64,000 nucleotides of DNA, from NCBI GenBank assembly GCA_000091205.1, contig AP006486.2; one strand, written 5' to 3'. This document shows positions 32,763 through 44,056 of the stretch, piece by piece (the stretch's first letter is position 1; each line of letters begins with the position of its first letter). The stretch comes from Cyanidioschyzon merolae (lineage: Eukaryota). The notes below the pieces were generated by a model. That model ran no database searches, had not been told where the DNA came from, and was given only the letters and a program-made list of their open reading frames with translations. The position numbers and the translations under genes were made by a program.

Positions 32763-33390
32763 GACGTAATGAGCACCTATGAACCTCCGTTGAAAACGTA
32801 GCTGGTCGTGGAGACTCCCCCAAGAACAGACCGTATTGCTCCCTTTTCAACTGGTCGTACTACCAGCTTGTCGGGACAATCAAGTCGTGGTGCTATTCCT
32901 TCCACAAAAAAAAACCTAGGATTCTCTTCTATGCTAATCGTGATACCCGCTTGCCCGTACTGAAAACGTTGTGGTGCTCGTCGTTCCCAGAGCGCCCGGG
33001 CACGTCGCTCTCAGATACGGGCGTCCAACGGGGCTAGACGCAGGGGGCGAGCTCCGCCAGCTGCTCCCAGCAGCGAGTCACGGTGCCCCAAAACAAGCTT
33101 CGGATCACTCGCTCAGCTATGCTATTCTCAGAGATACCTACTCTACTAGGGTCTTGGAGCTCGAATAGCTGAGAAAGAGTCCTTTTCCGCATGCGCGATG
33201 TTCATGAGTGCATTCATGCGAGGTGCGTCGCCTCGGTCGGCCACCATCACCGGCACCGCCATGACCTCCTCCTCATCGTTCCCGTCCGCGTTATTGTCGC
33301 GAGCTCGGAAAGTTTCGGCTCTGGGTACTCATCCAAGCCGTTCGTCCGTATCGCAGGTACTTTGGGGGCGGGTAGGCACTGTTCTAGGCC

Positions 33391-34125
33391 TTGGATCACG
33401 CGCGTTATCTGCCGATGTTCATCTCACTCGTTCGACCTGTCAGCTTCCGAGCACAGAACGCACCTGGTGCTGGAAACAGGTGTGTGCCCAGTACGAGTCG
33501 TCTAGCACGACCGTGCCTAAGGCTTAGCGGGGAAGGCTTGGGCTCAGGGGCTGCGAGGCAAGCTTTTTCTGGACTCTCAAGAGCTCTTGCAGGGCTCTTG
33601 GCCTCCGTCTGGTTGCTTGCGGATCCAACGGTCACACAAAGGTCCCTGGCTTTTGCGGCAAACCCGTACGACCTGGGCACAGACCGGGGCGTACAGGCAG
33701 TTATGGTGTGTCGGGAGCTACTTGAGCCCATCCCACGGTATGTGGAGAGCGGTTCCTGGGACAAGGCTCGGTCCAACGTCAACTACTGTACACGAACGCT
33801 GCGGCTACATACTGCGCTCCGGGCCGTAACCGACCGCTTGCTAACACCAGAGTACGATTTGGAGAAGCACGAATCTGCGATGCGGGTAAGCAGTGACCTC
33901 CCGAACGTGATGACCCAGCTGGATGCAACGCTTTACACACCTATTTTCATGGCGAGCGATCAGGGTGTCTCGCCTGCACAACGCAAATATGGAGATGAGG
34001 CGCTCGGATATTTAGAGCAGGCGAAACAAATGCTGGATCATTACCTGAGTCTTCTGCCGTCTGAGGTTAGGGCTCGAAACGCAGCGGCTGCAGCACAAAT
34101 GCGCGTTCCACTAGAGCGCCAGTAG
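33391..34125 (+). CDS. Possible PsbQ-like thylakoid-lumen protein (oxygen-evolving-complex PsbQ/PsbQ' family); otherwise hypothetical
   Basis: The C-terminal ~150 aa is predicted helical and has weak resemblance to PsbQ blocks: 'SWDKARSNVNYCTRTLRL' versus 'KAWPSLQNDLRLRASYLRY', and 'AQRKYGDEALGYLEQAKQML' versus 'AEKYYGQTVSNINEVLAKL'. The N-terminus is a presequence followed by a hydrophobic stretch 'ALAGLLASVWLLA', as in a bipartite lumenal targeting signal. The similarity is low. Confidence 0.35.
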   Translation: MDHARYLPMFISLVRPVSFRAQNAPGAGNRCVPSTSRLARPCLRLSGEGLGSGAARQAFSGLSRALAGLLASVWLLADPTVTQRSLAFAANPYDLGTDRGVQAVMVCRELLEPIPRYVESGSWDKARSNVNYCTRTLRLHTALRAVTDRLLTPEYDLEKHESAMRVSSDLPNVMTQLDATLYTPIFMASDQGVSPAQRKYGDEALGYLEQAKQMLDHYLSLLPSEVRARNAAAAAQMRVPLERQ

Positions 34126-36470
34126 GGTGCCTTTGTAGTGCGTACCACCGGGGAAATCGATTGAGCTGCAACCTGAACGCTCGATAGGACGGGCGACGTC
34201 AGCTTGTGCGGTGGGCACTTCACCGATCACCACCGATGATATCATCACCTTTCTGGAATCACGCCATGTGCATAGCGGGTCGTGTGCACGAAAAGTTTCC
34301 GTTTCTTGGCGAAAAGCTGGGAAACAAGGCCTGGGCGACGCCCCTCCATGTGCGGAATGAGAGGAACGGCGCTCCGGACATCGAAGCAGAGAGTGCCACG
34401 TTCAACATGCAACGCCTCAAGAATCGAGCATGAAACTTTCCTAGCGCTTTCTAAGCTGGAGGGATTATCTTGATACCGAGCCAGATGCAAAGCGGGTGCC
34501 GTTCTCTACATGGCGCAGACGGCGCGCCGGCTTATCGAGTAGGCGCCTGCACAAGTATACTCTAGTGAGGCGGTTCCGTAGCGGTACAGCATCTATGGTG
34601 ACGTGTTTAGCGTCGCGAGAAGCGCCCGCTGTAGCCACAGCGCCCCCGGGGAGTGCCGGATGGATCGAGTTGCTGGGCATTCGGCAGGCACTGCGCTGGA
34701 GCACGGGCACTTGCAGATGCTGCACTTGTCCTCGGGAGCTGCGCGGTGGACATGTCGGCAACTGAGCGCGTTCGCGCATCAGCGGGCATCTGGTTCGATT
34801 CATCGATCGAATACTGCAGAAGACGCGCCCGCATTCGAATGAGGAAAATCCCACCGACATATCGCATGACGTACCGAGCATTGTTTCAGGACAGTGGAAG
34901 GAAATACGCAGTGCGTTTTGCGGGTAAAGCCTACAAGTTGCGTCGCAGGGTGTACTCGTTGAAAGTGTTTCCAAACCGCACTCAGCTGGACACCTCTTGC
35001 CGTTTTCACGTATCCAGTGCATAGTCTTACGATGTTTATCTCGCAGCATTGTATCGCTATGACGCTACAAGTCTGGCAGGAAAGACCAATCAATCCCCGA
35101 TGACCGTCATGAGCAAGCTGGGTTTGTGCTGCCTTCGGAAAACTTTTCAGGGAAGCTCTCCCTTGGCGCCCTGAAAACCAAAGCACCGGCCTTGCGGGGC
35201 GTGCGAAATCGTGCTACAGGTGCCTACGCCTCAACAGGTTGCGTGTTTCCAGGGGTCGCCTCAAGCATCCCGTGCTAGGTGTGCGATGCCCTCAACGCAA
35301 CAGGATCCAAATCCAGAGGACATGCTCAGCGCAGTCGACGATCAGTCGTCGAAGCAAAGCTCGATTCGCTTCACCGAAAATGCAACGCGCGTTCTACGCT
35401 TCCGCGAGCTCCCGTTGAGCTTCCTGCGCTGATGAAGCAGTGGCTTGGCTGAACGAATGCTACAGGCGTTACGTGCATGATGTGCAATTCGAACTGCATT
35501 GCTGCGTTGCCGTGCGGATGCTAGCGTATCCAAAAGCGTGTATTCGTAAACGTCATGCCGGCGCAATACGCAGCCTTTCAGGTCCATATGAACGACGCCT
35601 GGGACAAGTGCTCGTATTGCACAAGAGCAAGCAGTTGCGCATACGCTACGACGGCCAAGCAGGCCTGCGTCGCTCGATGAAGACGCCACTTTTATGGGAG
35701 CGCTCGCCGTCCACCACAAGACAATAGTCTTAGAATGGATCGCTTCCGATACAGTGCGCAACGCGATGCCCAGCCCAGCGAGAGCGGCAGCACGCCCTCC
35801 AGGACACGCTTCTTGCTTGCACCAGCCCCTTTTACGCGTCTGGGGTGTGCGAGGCGCTCCATAGCTCCAAAACGTGAACTGATTTCGATGAAGTGCTATG
35901 CGCACCTAGCGTCCAACGCAGACAATCCACAGAGCCTGCACGCTACGAAAACGTCATGCACGGCGAAATAGGAATACCAGCGCCGTTCTCTCGAACGCTT
36001 GACAAGGGTCAGCACGGGTGCCTTACTTTTCATACCCAAAACTGCGGCAAAATAATGATCGCCGCTTCCTGTTTACCCTTGACCCTGACCAGAGCGCATC
36101 TGCTTCACACGGGGCTGCGTCTACACCAGTCGTCTGCTACAGCGGGACGCCACCAACCTTCGACACAGTGAACGTCGCGCAGAGCCCACGAGGCACTGCA
36201 CGCCAAGACGACCTCTCTTTTGGGTCGGAATCACTTTCGCAGAGGTCTGGGTACCTGCTTGGACTCGGTATTCTATCTGTGGTCGACGGTTGCTTCCCAA
36301 GGACACTGGGAATCGTCCTCGCGCTACCCTGAACGTTTCGTCTTTCTCCATGAAGCGATGCCTTGCAGCGAGTGCGCTGCGAGGCCGCACACGAGCGCAT
36401 CGGTAACGGGATTCGGGGTCTAGTGCTTGCCGCTGCACCTGCAAGAACGCTTTCACTGTATCGTATCAGC

Positions 36471-36953
36471 ATGTTTTGGAGTGCGGATACGATTCAAAAC
36501 TTGCCACATTATGTTTACTGGTGTGTCCTTGCAGTAGCAGTTGCTTTTGAGCTCATGGGCACGACATTCATTCGCGAAGCGAAGGGTTTTGCGCACCCGG
36601 CTGCCGCGCTTAAAGCGTGCCTCTGCTACAGCGTTTGTACAGTGCTTTGCGTTGTTGCGTTCGCTGCACACATCGATCTTTCTGTTGGGTATACCGTATG
36701 GTGTGTATTAGGGATTTCTGCTACTGCACTCATTGGAAAGTACCGGTTTGGGGAACAGTTTACTTGGCTGAAGGTGTTTGCACTACTTCTCTGCGCCTTG
36801 GGCTCGATGATACTCGTTTTTCAGTCTGAGAAGCCCTTATTCGTCACGAGCAAGGCGGCGGATGGACGTGTTGAGGCGATACGTGCAGTTTCGAACGGAT
36901 CTTTGCGGAGTACAGGCGAGCCGTGCTTGGCGACGCAGGACGCGCTTCCGTAA
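36471..36953 (+). CDS. Small multidrug resistance (SMR/EmrE/SugE-like) 4-TM transporter with a ~50-aa C-terminal extension
   Basis: 'VAVAFELMGTTFIREAKGFAHPAAALKACLCYSVCTVLCVVAFAAHIDLSVGYTVWCVLGISATALIGKYRFGEQFTWLKVFALLLCALGSMILVF' aligns with EmrE 'ILAEVIGTTLMKFSEGFTRLWPSVGTIICYCASFWLLAQTLAYIPTGIAYAIWSGVGIVLISLLSWGFFGQRLDLPAIIGMMLICAGVLIINL'. This includes the essential TM1 Glu (E14 equivalent, 'FELMGTT'). Start is at the Met at 36471 (MFWSADTI); the ORF table opens at 36363. Confidence 0.6.
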   Translation: MFWSADTIQNLPHYVYWCVLAVAVAFELMGTTFIREAKGFAHPAAALKACLCYSVCTVLCVVAFAAHIDLSVGYTVWCVLGISATALIGKYRFGEQFTWLKVFALLLCALGSMILVFQSEKPLFVTSKAADGRVEAIRAVSNGSLRSTGEPCLATQDALP

Positions 36954-37495
36954 GCGCAGCGACACCTGCGAGGCGCCCGCACCCGAGACGACGCTCAGAC
37001 AGTATGAGTCACAGGACAAGTTCTCGGCTGGATTACATACAGTCGAAAGAAACCTCGTCGAGTGATAAATTCTATGCCATACGGTGAAAAGGGTTGGCGT
37101 TTGCAATGGGGAGCGCGAGTATCGGTCGGATCCACCTGACGGATCCCACGGAGCGACCCGCGAAACGCTCCTGAACACCGCGATGATGGACGTGCAGTCC
37201 CTCTCTGGTATGTGGTTGATGTCGTGGAGCGTTTCGGCGCGGTGCTGTCGCCGTTCAATGAGCAAGGAAGCGCAAACGTGCATCTATTTCCAAGGTTCCA
37301 TCGAGTCTGCACAAGCATCAACATGAATGTACAAGGCGTTTCGTCCCCGGAGGTGTGGGACTCTAAATGAATACATCGGAGAGCGCCCGCTTATTCGAGC
37401 GCGAAGTGTCCGGTTCATTTCCTAGTTTATTCTTTAAGGTGTACAGGGCGTAGCGGGGCCTAGAATTCGAAAGCGGGATCATTTGATGGAAAGGT

Positions 37496-37852
37496 TTATC
37501 GAGTCCGGGTCTCGGGTCTATCTGACTCCGTCATGACATGTATCTGACGCTGGAGTTCGTGGATAACGTGTTGGAGGCGCTCTCGCTGGCTCTCGAGCAT
37601 AGGCAGAACCTCGTCTTTCCGACGCTCTAGCAATACGTCCCCTACTTGTTGCCAACAGCGTCTCGGGATCCGCACCGGCGTCTCTGCGTCCGCCTCAGCG
37701 TGCAGCGAGATCTCGGGCTCCAACGAAGCCAGTGTTTCCAAAACTAAATCATATTCAGCTCTCTCCGCCTCTAGTTCGGCAACTTTTCGCACTAGTGCAA
37801 CGACCTGTGGACTGAACCCAGACCCGCCCTGGGCTTGCTCGCTAGACTCCAT
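37496..37852 (-). CDS. Prefoldin beta-type subunit (prefoldin subunit 2-like)
   Basis: 'RRCWQQVGDVLLERRKDEVLPMLESQRERLQHVIHELQRQI' matches the prefoldin-2 beta-hairpin and coiled-coil signature 'RKCYRMVGGVLVERTVKEVLPALE...'. There is a flanking N-terminal coiled coil. Start is at the internal Met (MESSEQ) at 37852. Confidence 0.7.
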   Translation of the reverse strand: MESSEQAQGGSGFSPQVVALVRKVAELEAERAEYDLVLETLASLEPEISLHAEADAETPVRIPRRCWQQVGDVLLERRKDEVLPMLESQRERLQHVIHELQRQIHVMTESDRPETRTR

Positions 37853-40800
37853 GGATAATAAAACCCTCGAGACGCTTCTTGCGTACAGCGAGAACCAGTA
37901 CCGATTGCGACTTGCAAGCAACGACGCGGCGGTGCCCCTGCTGAACACTCCTTAGACGCGCTTGTGCGCTTCCAAGTGCGTGTAGTTCGTGCGCTTCAAC
38001 ACCGCTCAATCGCACTGTCAAGGCCAAGCGCAAAGCTTTTTCAAGTTCACAGGCCGCAATATAGCAGAGCGCCAAGTTGGAGAAACCCGGCGCGTGTCTA
38101 TGCCAGGTGCACTCCTGCTGTGTCAGATTAGGAAACTGGTGCATTCGACTGCTCGCTCGCTTCCTACCTTGCGATATGGTACCGAACGTTTTCCTAGATT
38201 TACAGCCTCGATAGTCAAAATGCATCCACAATGGCTCACAGATCTATATGCAGCTTTGGGATTCTCATTTGTCTATTCATGGTGACTCCTTCTACGCTCT
38301 GCCGCCCGAACTTGTTACGTGATGCGAACCGACAACGCACCGCGACGTCCTCGAGCAAGGCTTCGTCAACTACCCGATAACATCATCCATTTCATATGCG
38401 CATGGATCCAAGTTGTGCCCTTCCCTTACAACTAGGCAGCTCAAATCATGTAATTTTCAAGTTTTCGATTTCTGTGGTCCAAGGCAGCTCGTTCGAGTTG
38501 CGTCTCGCGCCACTGAACTGATGAAGCAAAAACTCTACATCGTCCTCAAAGAATTGTTCACAAGTTCTTGCCGAAACCTCAGTGGACTTGTCATATGAGA
38601 TCATCGATTCCGCTCGATAAACACATCCGTCTCTTATCGTGTCCATTGACGAAACACGATTCGATACCAGCGCGATACCTGTCGCGGGATATGCCACCAG
38701 AGGCTGGTGTCTCTTCTGTTTGCCTGGAAGCGGGCTCTTGGACTCGGACCGCACGCTCCGCAGCGATCATGTCCAATAGGGCGTGCGCCACTGCTTTGCA
38801 CGAACGACGTATAGACGAATCGAGATTTCTCGACTTGTTCAGCTCGAGTTTTCCTTCTCGGTTCTAGTTTCTGCCTGCACAACATCGCGTTCCACAAATG
38901 CTCCGTCGCATGGAGAAGGGTGCGCTCGCACATGCAGCGGACAACATACTCGCCGATAGGATCGCACTGAAGAAGCCACGTCAGCGGACACGGAGACGGA
39001 TGCGGGCATCAGGGGAAGCCATTTGTACCCGTCAAGGACATGTACCGAGCGATGACATGAGCTTTCGTATGCGAGAGAGCAGCGCTCGAAACAGGACGGA
39101 TCGTGGTGGACCTAACGGAACACCCGACCAGAATCAAGCGCCGCCTCTGCAAAGCGCACATCGAGCTGGTAAACGAAGAACATGAATAGAGCGAGTGAAG
39201 CGTAGATCGCAAGTCCAATCTGCTTATGGAGTACAGCGTCAACCGCCTGAAGCTGCGAAATCCGGAACTGAACGCTGCCACCATCGTCATTCGGCTGCTG
39301 ACAACGGTGCTCGAGGCACAGGAGAGACCAGCGCCCATCGAACAGGCACGAGAGAGAGGAAAAGGGAGCAGTCGCAGTCGGAGCCAGCAACAGTATCCAG
39401 AAACGTAAACACTAGTGCGCACACGCGTGTTCGAGGACCCGTTCCATTTTGCTCTGACATGAATGTATGGAAACAGCCCTCGGGAGCGTACCCCAGACGA
39501 CTCAAAACGCTGGACACGGTGCGATCGCCTCCAGCGCTGCATCCTTGTCGCCAGTACGCTGTCGGATGGCATACGTGCACCGCATTCTAGCGGATACCGG
39601 GTTGCAGCGTTTGTTACCTAGAACCATAACTGCGCTCCCAGAGGATTCTGATTCGATCAGCGAGTGTCTATCGTGAACAAGCTCATCCCATGTCGCTGCG
39701 TGTATCGGAATCGCTCGCTCTACGTAGCGTTCAAAAGGGCAAGCAACACCAGACTTCTTTGATGCAAGCGGCGGCGTTCTGGACACGGAAACGAGCAGGG
39801 CTTCGCTCTTGCGATACACGCAATGGAGCAGTCTGCCATTCCCAAGAGTATGTATCAGAGAACGCTGTCAGCCGTGATAGTGATACTCGAGAAAGTATGC
39901 AATACATCCGAACGAGCCGTCTATCCGGCATACTGTCCCCCGACGCTTCCGACGTTACGGATGTTCGTCTCGAGTAGCTGACTGTACACCACAAAAAATC
40001 TGGGCCTCGAGCGCCTGCATGAAGTTCCTCTCGCGAAGCTGCACACACCCTTGGCGCTATATCATGCTTCGCGTCGCACATATGCTCGTATCGACTCCGT
40101 GACAATGTTCCAAACACGGATAACTGGAACCACGCGCAATCTTCATAGGGCCAGGCGTGAAAACTCACAGATAGGCAGCGACGCCTCAGAGCATATCGCT
40201 AGACCCACGAGCGTTCTGGGGAATACACTCCGTGATTCTACAGTCCAGCGGGTTCTTCGTCGACCGGGAAGAATCGGAAAACGGATCATTCGCCACACCG
40301 GTCCTTTGGAGGCAAAGGAAATGAACAAAGTGCATCACGGGTATTTCAGGAAATGCAGCATGGTGGTGTCTTTCTCGACTTTTGTCCTGTGTCAGTGGCG
40401 ACGTCGATAAAGTTGCCGCCGAAGATGCATTGACGGCATGCATGTTCCGCAGTCCCGGCGAATTGTCGATAGACACTTGGACGAGTGACTCGCATCACGA
40501 CTCAAGTCGTCGCTCCATTCGACGATTCAAGAGGCAACTCCTACGCATACCAACAGTTCCCCGTATGTAAGCAAGTTCTGCGAGAAGCGGTCGCACCTTG
40601 TGGGATGCATCACGAGCCAGCAACGTGCGAGGCGTCAACAGAGCGGTGCTCGGCGTTCCGGCGTCCGCGCAAGACCTTTACCGAACCCAGTGCGAGATGC
40701 CGCCGCAGCCGCAACCACCACCACCACCTCCAGTTGACGATCACTAGACGCGTACAGAGCATCTATGCGGCATCCAGGCGCAACGGATCCCGCGGAGCTA

Positions 40801-41810
40801 CGTGGCGGACCTGGTGCAAGCGACCGCTCTGGACGCTGCGGCAGCTTGTGAACCAAACGCTGCGGCAAGCAGCGCTCGCTGACCTGGACACATATGCCGG
40901 AGAGAGCGCGTTCAGGTGCACTCGGCTGGTTCGCTCGTAAAGCATAGAGTCTATTTAGTTCCTAGACATGCAGTAGTTTGCCTCTTCTTTGAGCGGTGCT
41001 TACCCGCACGAACCAGGCTCCGCTCTAGAACTTTGATGCACACCGGCCGCTCGCCAAACAGGACTACCATACCCAAACGCCGTGCTGCTCCGCTAAGAAA
41101 GGCCTCTACTGTCGTCCGTTCGGTCTTGGTATACGCTAGGTCGAACACCAACGCATTCTCACCATCCGCATTAGAACGGAAACCCTGTGCCTTTGTTTTC
41201 GCTTGCATAACGTCGGGAGATCATTTCTTCCAGTCCCAGGACCCTACGTGAGAAACGCGACTCGGACGACCCACCAGCCGTCAATGTAAGCCTATGAACC
41301 CCTAAACTACTCGTCCAAACAACATTCTATCCGCCCTGGAGGCAGTAAAGTGGTGAAACGCTCGTGGAAGCGCTATGGGTTCAACACCAGCGACTTCCCG
41401 TGTCGCTGCATCCGGCAGGGCGTTTGCGTCAACACGACCATCTCCCGTCGTTTTCATATGGTATAAACGCATGTTTCCGAGTGGTGCTCCAGTCGCTACG
41501 CCCGCTTGGTTGCCCATAGCTACACGCGCAGTCAGAACAACGCCCAGCATTGAAAACAAAGGAAAGCAGCACCAGAGTCATACTTGGAAACTTGACGAGT
41601 GCGAAGCGTTGGCTTCGGGAGTGCACGAACGCGTCTCTGTCCCGGTTGAGGACGCCAGGTTGCTGTGACGCTGGCAAGTCCGCGAAGCGCTCAGCGTGTC
41701 GGCACTAGGACTCGGAAAGGGCGCTTTTCTGAGCACGCTTGGGAGGTCGCATCGTGGCAGTTGCCGGTACGGTACCCTGTGTTGTGTTCAGCTCGGGGAA
41801 ACTGCTTGAA

Positions 41811-43247
41811 ATGGATCACAAAATCACCGTGAATATTTCCAAAGACCCCATCCAGGAAGTCCAGGATCGATATGGTACACCAGGACGGTTAACGTTCTTT
41901 CGTGGCAAGGGAGGCCTCGAAATGGTGCTCCTGCAGACCGCTGACGGTGCCTGCGCGGAAGTCAGTTTCTTTGGTGCGCAGGTGTTGTCGTGGCAACCTC
42001 CGTCATGCACCCGCTCTCTGCTCTTTGTCTCCAAAGAGGCCATCTTCGATCGCAGACGTGCCATTCGAGGCGGTATACCCGTTTGCTGGCCGCAGTTCAG
42101 TACGTACGGTGCACTCGCTCAGCAACATGGCTATGCGCGAAACATGAGCTGGGAGCTCGTCCACGCGGATGGCGATCATCCGGAAGGTCCCCTGGTTGTG
42201 TTCCAGTTACCGACAGTTACGCCGGCCGCACTAGCGAAGATGATGGGGTCAAGCTATGCGAATGCAATAGATGGTGCTGCTTCTGCTTCTGCGGCCGATG
42301 TCCACGGAGCAGGCACAGCCGGTGCACCGAGTAGCAGCCACCAGCGCGACACCGGAGACGCGCACCACACCGAATCAACGGCAATGAGTTCCAAGCCGAT
42401 GCAGACGCCCTCTCGTCTACAAACACCGATCATGACGGAGCAAACGACCAATGGAACCGATGCGATACCGGCTGTGGAGGACAACTCGGGAGCGCAACCG
42501 CGCTCAGCACGAGGAGCCGAAGGAGCAGTGGCACCGCCACCGGATACGAGTGCCGCGGCTCGATATGCACCAGCATCTTCCGCGGTTCCAGAGGGAGCTA
42601 CGGAAACCATTCTACCCGCCAATGCAGTCCCTCGGAGTACAAGCACGATCTTCGAAACCGAGCTTCAGCATGCGCAAGTGCTCATGATGGTGCAACTAGG
42701 CGCAGCGCTCGGAGACCTGCGTCTGAGAATGTCCGTCTCTAATCGGGCACCGAACGAGTCGGAGACGCTCGAGTTCACCACAGCGCTACATTCGTATCTG
42801 CGTGTGAATTCTCTGACACAGGTTCGTGTCCTGGGACTCTCCGGTTGCGAGTACGTCGATAGGATGCGACCGCAGGGCATGATAATCGATTCGGAGCCAG
42901 TTCTCATGTTTCGCGACCACGAAGTGGATCGCATCTATCGACGACAACCAGGGAGCAGTAACGCAATCCGTATTGAGCATGTGAACGCCCAGAAAGGTAC
43001 GGTGGTTGTGGAGGCTAGCACAGACGATTTTCCCGAGGTTGTCGTTTGGAATCCGGGGCCCCAGAAAAGCCACGACCTCGTGGATCTCGACGACCGCGAA
43101 TGGATGTTCATGCTCTGTATCGAGCCTGCAGTGGTTTTGGAGCCAGTGCGGCTCGCCCAGAACGAACGCTGGTGTGGCCACGTGAGGTTTACGTACCTCG
43201 CGGGATCCAGTGATATCGCAAGCGCTGCCAAGGCCTCCGGCACGTGA
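41811..43247 (+). CDS. Glucose-6-phosphate 1-epimerase (aldose-1-epimerase-like, YeaD/YMR099c family) with a ~130-aa low-complexity insertion
   Basis: The N-terminal block 'RGGIPVCWPQFSTYGALAQQHGYARNMSWEL' equals the family motif GGIP.CFPQFG......HGFAR...W. The C-terminal blocks 'TALHSYLRV' and 'FMLCIEPAV' are also conserved. Between them, at about nt 42230–42640, is an Ala/Ser/Pro/Thr-rich insert absent from characterised family members. Start is at the Met at 41811 (MDHKITV); the ORF opens at 41739. Confidence 0.75.
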   Translation: MDHKITVNISKDPIQEVQDRYGTPGRLTFFRGKGGLEMVLLQTADGACAEVSFFGAQVLSWQPPSCTRSLLFVSKEAIFDRRRAIRGGIPVCWPQFSTYGALAQQHGYARNMSWELVHADGDHPEGPLVVFQLPTVTPAALAKMMGSSYANAIDGAASASAADVHGAGTAGAPSSSHQRDTGDAHHTESTAMSSKPMQTPSRLQTPIMTEQTTNGTDAIPAVEDNSGAQPRSARGAEGAVAPPPDTSAAARYAPASSAVPEGATETILPANAVPRSTSTIFETELQHAQVLMMVQLGAALGDLRLRMSVSNRAPNESETLEFTTALHSYLRVNSLTQVRVLGLSGCEYVDRMRPQGMIIDSEPVLMFRDHEVDRIYRRQPGSSNAIRIEHVNAQKGTVVVEASTDDFPEVVVWNPGPQKSHDLVDLDDREWMFMLCIEPAVVLEPVRLAQNERWCGHVRFTYLAGSSDIASAAKASGT

Positions 43248-44056
43248 ATCTTTCATACCGGGACAGGTCAGCGTTTTTACGCGTTGAGGCACGGGTGAAC
43301 ACAGTGGCGCTGGCCTCGAGCCTCACCTGTCGCTTGTTGCCTCCTTTCGATGTCGAGGTCGTAGCAATGCGGAACAGCGCCCAGTATCGTTGGTATGGGA
43401 TCGTCGTCATCGAGGACCGAGTTCGCAACTGGCTAACGCATACACTGGCATCAGCATGGCAGTAAATAGCGCTCACGCCGTGCCCCTCTACCTCGCATAT
43501 TCCTGGGATGGCGGCATGCACTGGACACATCGCCTGCAATCAATATGTATAGGGTACGCACTGGTGCTCAATGCATCGCGCTCTGTCGCAGCGGAAACCG
43601 GCAGTGGCGTCCGCATGCCTACAACGGAACGCTCCGCGAAACGGCACAAGATTTCCCAGCTGTCGCTATTGCAGTTGGCTCTCGAGTTGGGCAACCTGAT
43701 CGCTGGGGTGCTGCTCCCGTCTCGGCGACCCGGGCGTTGCAACAGGTCGGAGGCGCACGAACCCTCGTCTGCCGTGCAACGCAATGGGCACAGATGACAC
43801 CCGTCACACCGATTCATTCATCGTCTTTCGCTTCCTGCTTTGTCGAGCGGCAGGATACGTGCAGGTACCCGCTCCGCTGGGGTAGATACTTGGCTAGAAG
43901 CGGATCGAAAGAGCACTTGAAAGGTGCGAGCATCGTCTGCAACAAGCGACACGTGACGTGCTGTGCTTCACCATCGAAAGTACGCGGCACTAGCGTTGCT
44001 GCGTACGCAAGGGCCTCTCTTCAAATGAGGACTCTCGCTGGAGGCCGAGGCACCCC

